Below are positions 25,543-33,868 of a stretch of DNA of 64,000 nt, piece by piece. This DNA comes from Bacteroidales bacterium (lineage in GTDB: Bacteria; Bacteroidota; Bacteroidia; Bacteroidales; VadinHA17): the NCBI GenBank assembly GCA_025454755.1, contig JALONV010000002.1, forward strand, positions 10,052 through 74,051, written 5' to 3'. Position numbers and translations under genes: made by a program. Position 1 is the stretch's first letter. Every line of letters starts with the position of its first letter. The notes beneath the pieces were generated by a model that was given only the letters and a program-made list of their open reading frames with translations, did no database searches and had not been told where the DNA came from.

Positions 25543-27330
25543 CTATTTTTTAAAGAATTCTGTTAGCGCTATCGCTTTTTTATTGCCAATCAATTTTTTT
25601 AGCTCCTCAAAGGGGGCATTTCTGATTTTTTCCACTGAACCTATTTCTTTCAATAAAATCTCCTTTGTCTTTGTACCAATACCATTTATGATATCAAGAT
25701 CCGACCTTATCATGTCATTGGAACGTTTCTCCCTGTGAAAGCTTATTCCAAAACGGTGAGCTTCATTTCTAAGCTGTTGAATTATCTTAAGGCTTATTGA
25801 ATTCTTATCAAGATACAGTGGTATACTATCGCCAGGGAAATAGATCTCTTCAAGTTTCTTGGCAATACCTATAACGGTTAATTTGTCATCAAGGTTAAGC
25901 TTTTTAAGGCTTTTCATTGCCGAGGAGAGTTGTCCTTTGCCTCCGTCAACAATTATTAACTGTGGCAGCTTCTGACCTTCCTCGGTCATTCTTTTATACC
26001 TCCTGTAAACTATCTCCTCCATTGAACTGAAATCATCGGGACCCGAAACAGTCTTAATGTTGAAATGTCTGTATTCCTTCTTGCTTGGTCGCGCATTCCT
26101 GAAAACAACGCAGGCTGCCACAGGATTTTTACCCATTATATTGGAATTGTCGAAACACTCCATGTGTGCCGGCAATTCGCTCATGTGAAGATCATTTTTA
26201 AGCTTCTCCAAATTCCTGCTGGTGCGGTTTTCCGGAGGTTTTTCCTCTTTTTTCTTTTTCTTCTCCAGTTTATAGTATATTGCATTTCTTTGCGCAAGTT
26301 CCAGTAATTTGAGCTTCTCAGCTCTTTCGGGCATAGTATATTTTACTCTTTCCAATAGAATATCAGGCATAAAAGGCACAATTATTTCAGGTGAATCGCT
26401 TGATAATCTCTGCCTTATCTCAGTAATTGCGAATCCAAGAAGTGAATCCTTTTCTTCATCGATCCGACTTTTTAGATCAAGGGTAAATGCTTGTATTACA
26501 GCACCATCTACAACTTTCAGATAGTTGATATATGTGTTTTCGTCCTCCTGTTCCAATGCGAAAACGTCGACATTTTTAATTGTTGTGCTTACTACAGTTG
26601 AGCGACTCTGGTATTTTGAAAGAATCTCGATTTTTTCTTTTATCATCTGCGCTTCTTCAAACCGCATCCCTTTTGAAAATCCATTCATTATTTTCCTCAG
26701 ATGTGTCTGGACCATTGAAATATTGCCTTTTAGGATATTTTTGATCTGCCGGATGGATTCTTCATAATCGTCTATGGTTTGAAGCCCGATACACGGGGCT
26801 TTGCAATTGCCCAGATGATATTCAAGGCAGACTCTGAATTTACCTGATTTTATATTTGAGTTTGTAAGATTCAATGAGCAGGTTCTCAGCTTGTACAGCT
26901 GCCTCAGCATCTCCAGCAATGTTTTTACCATTAACCCTGAAGTGTAAGGTCCAAAATAGGCGGATCCGTCTTTGATTGTGTTACGAGTGCTGAACACTCT
27001 CGGGAAAGGTTCTTTCTTTATACATATCCAGGGAAATGTTTTATCGTCTTTTAACAGTATATTGTATCTGGGCTGGTGTCTTTTAATCAGGTTGTTCTCA
27101 AGCAAAAGAGCATCTGATTCGTTATCGACAACAATGTGTCTGATTTCAACCGCTTTTTTTAGCATTATATTGGTTTTCCCTGACTGGTTCTTTGAAAAAT
27201 ATGAAGTTACCCGCTTCTTAAGATTCTTAGCCTTTCCTACATAAATTATTGTACCATTGTTGTCGAGAAACTGGTAAACTCCGGGGTTGCCGGGGATATG
27301 AGGTAATATTTTTAAAGGGTCGACTGGCAT
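25543..27330 (-). CDS. uvrC: excinuclease ABC subunit C
   Basis: 595 aa with the GIY-YIG N-terminus 'GVYQFLDNNGTIIYVGKAKNLKKRV'. The length and C-terminal HhH region are typical. Confidence 0.95.
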   Translation of the reverse strand: MPVDPLKILPHIPGNPGVYQFLDNNGTIIYVGKAKNLKKRVTSYFSKNQSGKTNIMLKKAVEIRHIVVDNESDALLLENNLIKRHQPRYNILLKDDKTFPWICIKKEPFPRVFSTRNTIKDGSAYFGPYTSGLMVKTLLEMLRQLYKLRTCSLNLTNSNIKSGKFRVCLEYHLGNCKAPCIGLQTIDDYEESIRQIKNILKGNISMVQTHLRKIMNGFSKGMRFEEAQMIKEKIEILSKYQSRSTVVSTTIKNVDVFALEQEDENTYINYLKVVDGAVIQAFTLDLKSRIDEEKDSLLGFAITEIRQRLSSDSPEIIVPFMPDILLERVKYTMPERAEKLKLLELAQRNAIYYKLEKKKKKEEKPPENRTSRNLEKLKNDLHMSELPAHMECFDNSNIMGKNPVAACVVFRNARPSKKEYRHFNIKTVSGPDDFSSMEEIVYRRYKRMTEEGQKLPQLIIVDGGKGQLSSAMKSLKKLNLDDKLTVIGIAKKLEEIYFPGDSIPLYLDKNSISLKIIQQLRNEAHRFGISFHREKRSNDMIRSDLDIINGIGTKTKEILLKEIGSVEKIRNAPFEELKKLIGNKKAIALTEFFKK

Positions 27331-27356
27331 TGGACAAAGATAGGAAATAGTTGCAG

Positions 27357-27499
27357 GATTGCTTCGTCGCGGAGTTTACCCCGCGAAGCGGGGCTCCTCG
27401 CAATGAGGATAATTCAAATATCGATTGTAAATCTTTATAGATCGTTTATTATCAGATCTGCGGTCATTGCGAGTCCCGCCTAAGCGGGACGAAGCAATC
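27357..27499. repeat. inverted-repeat (MITE/REP-like) element, GATTGCTTCG...CTCGCAATGA type, copy B
   Basis: The left arm is GATTGCTTCGTC[GCGGAGTTTACCCCGCGAAGCGGGG]CTCCTCGCAATGA (27357-27406). The right arm is GTCATTGCGAG[TCCCGCCTAAGCGGGA]CGAAGCAATC (27463-27499). The loop is about 56 nt and AT-rich. Confidence 0.85.
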
Positions 27500-27517
27500 T
27501 TCCCGGACTACCACAAA

Positions 27518-29134
27518 TTATATAAACAGCGGCACATGTTTAAACCGTATCCCGTCAAATAACCCGCGGTCGCTTAATTTGAGCTCAGGGATTACCAGGA
27601 GTGCCATAAAGGAAAGAGTCATGAAGGGCGCAGACATTGTACATCCAAGATCTTTAACAATTGCTGAGAGTTTTTCATATTCTGCTGCCACCACCTGACA
27701 TGTTTTTGTTGACATTATTCCTGCAATATCAAGCTGCAGGGAATTTATCCTGCCGGATGAGGAAACTGCCAGTCCACCTTTCATTTTAACTACTTCATTT
27801 ACAACGGTTACAATATCTTTATCATTTGTTCCGATTGAGATAATATTATGGCTGTCATGGGCTACTGAACTGGCAAATGCTCCTGTTTTAAGTCCAAAGC
27901 CTTTAATGAATCCTGCAGAAGGCGGCAAATCTCTGTATCTGTCCTTGACAACTATTTTGAGTACATCGGATGACAGATCTGAATTAACCATGTTTCCCTT
28001 CCGCGGTTCATGAATTGTTTCTTTTGTAAAGAGCTCCCCGTCAAATGCCGTAATCACACGCATTTTATTGCCTGCTCTTCTAACCTGTATTTCCTCTTCC
28101 TTTATCTGAGAACATCTGAATTTGTTAATTGGACTCCCAGGTAAGTATTCAAAAAGCACTTTACCCCTGTCGAAAACTTTTTGTCCGCTGATCCAGGTTT
28201 CAACTACATTCATTCTTTTCAGATCGTCTACAATTATAAAATCTGCCGGATCTCCAGGTCTCAATAAACCGGCATCCAGTCCGTAATGCAGTACAGGGTT
28301 TATTGTCACACTTCTCAGCACATTAAAAAGATCATATCCTTCTTCTATGAGAGCCGCAACAAGCTTTTCAAGATGTCTTTTCTGCAGCATTTCAGGGTGA
28401 ATATCATCACTGCTCAACATTATCATTTCCGGGTAATCATTATATAAGTTCTTAAGTGCATTTAGATTTCTTCCTGCACTCCCTTCCCTTATAATAACCT
28501 TCATTCCCAGGCTTATTTTTTCAATTGCTTCTTCATATGAACTGCATTCATGATCAGTTGATATCCCTGCCGATATATATTTCCTCAGGTTTTCTCCGGT
28601 CAGTCCCGGGGCATGGCCGTCGATGGGCTTATTAAGTTCTTTTGCTATCTTTATCTTTCTTAATATTTCATCATTCTGATTTATAACGCCCGGAAAATTC
28701 ATCATTTCCGCAAGGAACAGTATTTCATTTTTTTTCAGAAGCTCTGATATTTCATCCGCGCCTATAGATGCTCCGTTTGATTCCATGTTTGTTGCCGGGA
28801 CACAAGAAGGAGCGCCGAAATAAAACCTGAATGGCGTTTTTCTCCCATCATCAATCATGAATTTTACTCCATCACTTCCTACAACATTTGCTATTTCATG
28901 AGGATCAGACACTACACCTATTGTTCCATGTGGAACACTTGCCATTGCAAATGATCCGGGCGTTAGCATTGAGCTTTCAATATGCACATGAGCATCTATA
29001 AACCCGGGAAGAATGTATATTTCTGATTTCCCCGGGATTTCATTTATTGTAATAATCCTGCCGTCTATAATGCATATTTCAGCATTCAATATTTTTCTAT
29101 TATGAATATCGACCAGCCTTGCTGTAAGTTTCAT
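27518..29134 (-). CDS. ade: adenine deaminase
   Basis: 538 aa with 'LPGFIDAHVHIESSMLTP' and 'VSDPHEIANV'. Confidence 0.9.
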   Translation of the reverse strand: MKLTARLVDIHNRKILNAEICIIDGRIITINEIPGKSEIYILPGFIDAHVHIESSMLTPGSFAMASVPHGTIGVVSDPHEIANVVGSDGVKFMIDDGRKTPFRFYFGAPSCVPATNMESNGASIGADEISELLKKNEILFLAEMMNFPGVINQNDEILRKIKIAKELNKPIDGHAPGLTGENLRKYISAGISTDHECSSYEEAIEKISLGMKVIIREGSAGRNLNALKNLYNDYPEMIMLSSDDIHPEMLQKRHLEKLVAALIEEGYDLFNVLRSVTINPVLHYGLDAGLLRPGDPADFIIVDDLKRMNVVETWISGQKVFDRGKVLFEYLPGSPINKFRCSQIKEEEIQVRRAGNKMRVITAFDGELFTKETIHEPRKGNMVNSDLSSDVLKIVVKDRYRDLPPSAGFIKGFGLKTGAFASSVAHDSHNIISIGTNDKDIVTVVNEVVKMKGGLAVSSSGRINSLQLDIAGIMSTKTCQVVAAEYEKLSAIVKDLGCTMSAPFMTLSFMALLVIPELKLSDRGLFDGIRFKHVPLFI

Positions 29135-29158
29135 AATTTTTTTCTAAATTATTATTTT

Positions 29159-29174
29159 TGTTCCACGTGGAACA
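29159..29174. repeat. TGTTCCACGTGGAACA perfect 16-bp palindrome, copy 2
   Basis: It lies 4 nt downstream of the mnmG stop (29178-80) and 25 nt upstream of the ade start. It is preceded by TTATTTT. Confidence 0.8.
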
Positions 29175-29177
29175 CAT

Positions 29178-31052
29178 TTATCTGCCCAGATACATTAGCA
29201 AAATATTGACGTCTGATGGTGAAACGCCGCTTATTCTACCTGCCTGCCCAATATTTTCCGGTTTTATTTTTTCTAGTTTTTGCCGTCCCTCTGTAGAAAT
29301 GGATAATAATTCACTATAGTTTATATCCTCAGGAATCTTTAATTTCTCAAGTCTTTTAATTTTATCTGCAATAACTTTTTCTCTTACAATGTATCCTTCA
29401 TACTTAATCTTTATTTCTACTGATTCCAGAATTTCATCCTTTCTTTGATATATTTCTTTCAACAGTTCTTTTCCTCCATCAATTTCTTTTAACAGATTCT
29501 CAATCCTTACCTGAGGCCTTAATGCGATTGTCGCGGCCTTTACTTTCTGACTTATTTCTGCTGTATTCAGATTCTTCAGGAAATTGTTTAATTGCGTTGG
29601 ACTAACACTTTTTTCATTCAGGAATTTTAAAACTTTTTCTATCATCCTTCTCTTCTCTTCCAATAATTCTATTCTTTCTTTACCTGCCAGTCCTATTTTA
29701 AACCCTTTTCCTGTAAGTCGTTCATCAGCATTGTCCTGTCTCAACAAAATTCTGTATTCTGCCCTTGAAGTAAACATTCTATATGGCTCATCTACTCCTT
29801 TTGTCACCAGGTCGTCTATTAATACTCCAATGTATGATTCCTCTCTTCCAAGTATTAATTCTTTCTTTCCTTTTGACTTTAATACTGCATTTATTCCGGC
29901 CATTAATCCCTGGGCGGCGGCTTCTTCGTATCCGGTTGTACCATTGATTTGTCCGGCAAAATAGAGGTTTTCTATTTTCTTTGTTTCCAGTGTATTCTTT
30001 AATTGAGTAGGTTGAAAAAAGTCATATTCTATTGCATAGCCCGGCCTGAATATTTCTACATTTTCAAGCCCTTTTACTTTCCTTAACGCATTTATCTGTG
30101 CCTCAAGAGGCAGGCTGCTTGCAAAACCGTTCACATAATACTCTATTGTTTCTGTACCTTCTGGCTCAATAAACAGCTGATGTGCGCTTTTATCTTTAAA
30201 CGTCACTATTTTATCTTCAATGCTGGGGCAATATCTCGGGCCTCTTCCCTTTATTATTCCTTTAAAAAGAGGACTGAATTCCAATCCTTTTCTTAATTCT
30301 TCATGAACCTTTTCGTTTGTATGAGTAATAAAACAGCTTTTTTGTATTTCAACCATTCTCTTATTCTTCACAAAAGAAAAACTCCTTTCTTCACTGTCTC
30401 CTTTCTGCTCAGTCATTTTTTTGAAATCAATTGAACGTCCGTCAATTCTTGCGCTTGTTCCGGTTTTCATTCTTTCAACTTCAAAGCCTATCTGAGACAG
30501 CTGATCACTTAAACCATTTGATGCAGCATCCCCGGATCTTCCTCCTGTAGCTCTTTTAAAACCAACATGCATCATTGCATTCAGGAATGTTCCGTTCGTG
30601 AGTATTACAGCTCCTGCTAAAAATCTGTTTCCGAATATTGTTTCAATTCCAATTGCCTTCTTTCCTTCTATAATAACTTTTACAGCCTGCTCCTGCCAGA
30701 TGTTTAGCTTTTCTGTTTTTTCAAGTTCTTTCCTCCACTCCATGGTAAATTTTTGCCTGTCGCATTGTGCCCTGGGACTCCACATGGCCGGTCCTTTTGA
30801 TCGGTTAAGCATCCTGAATTGAATCATGCTTCTGTCTGTTACAATCCCGCTTAATCCTCCAAGAGCATCAATCTCCCTTACTATTTGTCCTTTTGCTATA
30901 CCGCCCATAGCAGGATTGCAAGACATTTGAGCCAGTTTTGTCATGTCCATTGTAATCAGAACTGTTCTTGCCCCCATTTCAGCGGCTGCGTGAGCAGCTT
31001 CGCATCCTGCATGCCCTCCACCAACGACAATTATATCATGTCTGAATTCCAT
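29178..31052 (-). CDS. mnmG: tRNA uridine-5-carboxymethylaminomethyl(34) synthesis enzyme MnmG (GidA)
   Basis: 624 aa with the FAD motif 'IVVGGGHAGCEAA' and 'GQINGTTGYEEAAAQG'. Confidence 0.95.
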   Translation of the reverse strand: MEFRHDIIVVGGGHAGCEAAHAAAEMGARTVLITMDMTKLAQMSCNPAMGGIAKGQIVREIDALGGLSGIVTDRSMIQFRMLNRSKGPAMWSPRAQCDRQKFTMEWRKELEKTEKLNIWQEQAVKVIIEGKKAIGIETIFGNRFLAGAVILTNGTFLNAMMHVGFKRATGGRSGDAASNGLSDQLSQIGFEVERMKTGTSARIDGRSIDFKKMTEQKGDSEERSFSFVKNKRMVEIQKSCFITHTNEKVHEELRKGLEFSPLFKGIIKGRGPRYCPSIEDKIVTFKDKSAHQLFIEPEGTETIEYYVNGFASSLPLEAQINALRKVKGLENVEIFRPGYAIEYDFFQPTQLKNTLETKKIENLYFAGQINGTTGYEEAAAQGLMAGINAVLKSKGKKELILGREESYIGVLIDDLVTKGVDEPYRMFTSRAEYRILLRQDNADERLTGKGFKIGLAGKERIELLEEKRRMIEKVLKFLNEKSVSPTQLNNFLKNLNTAEISQKVKAATIALRPQVRIENLLKEIDGGKELLKEIYQRKDEILESVEIKIKYEGYIVREKVIADKIKRLEKLKIPEDINYSELLSISTEGRQKLEKIKPENIGQAGRISGVSPSDVNILLMYLGR

Positions 31053-31476
31053 ATACCAGTTTATTTGCGATATTAATCCATTTTCTTTCTTTTTCTCGCA
31101 TTATCATTTTACCCTTCATTTTTTTGTCATCGTATCCACAAAGATGAAGGGTTCCGTGTATTATCACTCTTAGAATTTCTTCTTTTAAACTAACTTTATA
31201 GTTGTTCGCGTTATTCCTTACAGTTTCTACGCTTATATAGACTTCCCCATTAATAATATTTTCTTTATTATCGCTGAATGCAATAACGTCTGTGAAATAA
31301 TCATGCTTGAGAAATTCCCTGTTAATTTCAATAATATTTTCGTCGGATGTTAAAATAAAAGAAAGGTCACCGGGAGTTTTTTTCTCTTCCCTGATGACCT
31401 TCTCAATTAGTTTCTTCACTTTTTTGCTTAATCTCAGCCTGAACTTTACCTGATCATAGAATATATTTATTTTCAA
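31036..31476 (-). CDS. ybeY: rRNA maturation RNase YbeY
   Basis: 146 aa with the zinc motif 'IHGTLHLCGYDD'. It overlaps mnmG by 17 nt. Confidence 0.9.
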   Translation of the reverse strand: MKINIFYDQVKFRLRLSKKVKKLIEKVIREEKKTPGDLSFILTSDENIIEINREFLKHDYFTDVIAFSDNKENIINGEVYISVETVRNNANNYKVSLKEEILRVIIHGTLHLCGYDDKKMKGKMIMREKERKWINIANKLVYGIQT

Positions 31477-31877
31477 GATATAATGTGTTTAAAAGTCATT
31501 TTTACGCTGTTTCCTTTTCTGTTGAATTCTATTTCATCTGCAAGCTTGCTCATTAAAAAAACACCTCTTCCGTTAACATGTTCAATATTTTCCGGTTCAG
31601 TAGGATCCGGAACTTCACCTGGTTTAAATCCTTTCCCCTGATCCTCAACAGTGATTTTCAATGAATTATTTTCAAGAATTATTTCAATATCTACAAATTT
31701 CTTTTCATCAGATTTATTGCCATGGACAATGGCATTGTTCACGGCTTCCATAATTGATACCAGAATTTTCCCATAGTTTTCCTGGTTTATCCCTGCATCT
31801 CTTGTAATGCTGTCAACAGCATTCTCAACAATGCTTAAATTGCTCAGTTTTGAAGATATTCTTAACTTTTTTATCAT
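31473..31877 (-). CDS. HATPase_c-family anti-sigma-factor-like serine kinase (RsbW/SpoIIAB-like)
   Basis: 134 aa with N-box 'EAVNNAIVHG', G1 'DQGKGF' and G2 'GRGVFLM'. It overlaps ybeY by 4 nt. Confidence 0.7.
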   Translation of the reverse strand: MIKKLRISSKLSNLSIVENAVDSITRDAGINQENYGKILVSIMEAVNNAIVHGNKSDEKKFVDIEIILENNSLKITVEDQGKGFKPGEVPDPTEPENIEHVNGRGVFLMSKLADEIEFNRKGNSVKMTFKHIIS

Positions 31878-31934
31878 CTCCTATTAAAACAACCCTTTTA
31901 TACTCAGATAATAGTCAAATTGTTTCAGTTAATT

Positions 31935-33113
31935 TCAAATTTTCGCCAGCCACAGCTCCGGATCCATATATTTTCCTTCAAAAATCATGAATTTAATAAT
32001 ACTGTTATATTCAGATGCTTTATCATTGAATACATCTCCAATTATTTGTTTTGTTTCTACAATTTCACCTTTTTTAACTTTCACATTCACCAGGTTATTA
32101 TAAACAGAAAGATATTTACCATGACGTATTATGACTGTCATATTGGATCCTGAAATGGCAGTGATTGCAGTTACTTCTCCTTTAAAAACACTTCTGGCCA
32201 TTGTTTTGCCTGAACTTGTTATTTCTATTCCTATATTCTCTTCCGTAAGGTATTTCAGTACGGGGTGCTGATGTTTTCCAAAATGTGCCGTTATAACACC
32301 TCTCTCAACCGGCCAGGGCAGTCTTCCCTTATTTTCAAGGAAATTATCCCCAATTAGCTTTTGTTCAGGAGTTAATGCTGTAACTGAACTCTTTTTCCTT
32401 TCTTCCTCTATTATTCTTGCCAGTTCTTTTTCAAGTTTTTTTGCTTTCTTTTTCTTTTCCTCAAGCTCTCTTTGCAATTGTTTTTCCCTGGCATTTAATG
32501 ACTTCACCATTTTTTGCTTTTTTGCCTGTTCGTTTTGCAAAAGGCCTTTTTGCAGAACTTCCCTGTGCTGAAGATCAGATATATTTCTCAAATCAATTTC
32601 CAGCCTTTTTTTCGATTCTTCTATTTCCTCTATAATTTCTGATATAATTTCTGATTCGTTCCTTCTGATTTTTGTTACCTGTTGAAGGTATTTAACTCTT
32701 TTGTATCCCTGATTAAAATCCTTGGCCGATAATATGAATACAAGCTCCGGATTACTCTTTTTTGATTTGTATGAGTTTATTATAGCATTTGAATATTCTC
32801 TTCTTAATTTAATCAAATCTTCTTCCATCATTTCAATTGCAAGTCTGTTAAGTTCAATTCTTTCGTTAAGTAAATTAATTTCTTCTCCCATCCCTTTTAT
32901 TACTGACTCCCGCAAATTCAATTTATTACCCAAGATCTTAAGCGCATTCAGGCTTGCGCTTTTCTCTTTAGATGTGCTTATAAGAAGGTTGTCAACGTAT
33001 GCAATCTCCTCAAGGTTTTTCTTTCTCTGTTCTTCAATTTCGGCTCTTGTCTGGGCCCCTGAGATTGCACAGGCAAATAGAAACACCATATTAAAAATAA
33101 TAAGCCTTCTCAT
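31935..33113 (-). CDS. EnvC-like murein hydrolase activator (coiled coil + degenerate LytM/M23 domain)
   Basis: 392 aa with a signal peptide, a long K/E-rich coiled coil and a C-terminal M23-like fold. I cannot see the HxxxD and HxH metal ligands ('IIRHGKYLSVYNNL', 'SIIKFMIFEG'). Confidence 0.7.
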   Translation of the reverse strand: MRRLIIFNMVFLFACAISGAQTRAEIEEQRKKNLEEIAYVDNLLISTSKEKSASLNALKILGNKLNLRESVIKGMGEEINLLNERIELNRLAIEMMEEDLIKLRREYSNAIINSYKSKKSNPELVFILSAKDFNQGYKRVKYLQQVTKIRRNESEIISEIIEEIEESKKRLEIDLRNISDLQHREVLQKGLLQNEQAKKQKMVKSLNAREKQLQRELEEKKKKAKKLEKELARIIEEERKKSSVTALTPEQKLIGDNFLENKGRLPWPVERGVITAHFGKHQHPVLKYLTEENIGIEITSSGKTMARSVFKGEVTAITAISGSNMTVIIRHGKYLSVYNNLVNVKVKKGEIVETKQIIGDVFNDKASEYNSIIKFMIFEGKYMDPELWLAKI

Positions 33114-33868
33114 TTAAGCATAATAGATTCATAATTTGAACCAGGAATAAAAATCAGTTTCTCTACTGTATTGAAAACAATTTTTTTAATTTCAATCCTT
33201 ATATAAGATCCTGTTTTTGTTTCAATTATATTTATAACTGCCGGATATATCATATTTTCGTATTTATGGAAGTTTTTATATTTAATTTCTAACCGGCTAT
33301 CACCGTTTTCGCTATTTATGCCTGAGCCAATTACTTTTCCTTCTCTGCAATCTATGGTCATCGTCAAAGCCTTTTCTCCCATATTATTTAAAAAAACTCC
33401 CTTGCCCTCCTTGCAATCTATTATTTCTTTTCCTGCACCATCCACATCAATAAAATCTCCAAATATTAGCGGTAATGATCTGAAAGAAATTCCATATTTA
33501 TCTTCCATATACGCTGCTGATCCGCAATAAATTTTTTTGTGAATCCTGTCGTTTGCCAGAATCGTGTCATTAGTTAAAAATATCCTTACCACCTCAATAC
33601 CACTTTTTGATCGGATGCTGATAAGGTACTTACCTTCTTTCTGATATTTTATACTTGCTACCAGATCGGTTCTTGTTTCTTCAGCATTTACTTTAACCTC
33701 AGCTTTTTGAATAGAGAAATCATTATTTGTAATGTTCCTTTTAACAATTTCGTTTTCAGAAATTGATGAAGGAGATCCCAAATCAATATTAGCGGTTATA
33801 CTCTTTCTTGATGTTGAACATCCGTAAGTTACCAGGATTAAAAATATTATGTGTTTTACTTTTTGCAA
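33110..33868 (-). CDS. DUF4292-like lipoprotein
   Basis: 252 aa with lipobox 'LVTYGCS'. The gene order TPR / this gene / M23-like is one I recall as conserved in Bacteroidota. The family assignment is from memory only. Confidence 0.55.
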   Translation of the reverse strand: MQKVKHIIFLILVTYGCSTSRKSITANIDLGSPSSISENEIVKRNITNNDFSIQKAEVKVNAEETRTDLVASIKYQKEGKYLISIRSKSGIEVVRIFLTNDTILANDRIHKKIYCGSAAYMEDKYGISFRSLPLIFGDFIDVDGAGKEIIDCKEGKGVFLNNMGEKALTMTIDCREGKVIGSGINSENGDSRLEIKYKNFHKYENMIYPAVINIIETKTGSYIRIEIKKIVFNTVEKLIFIPGSNYESIMLK

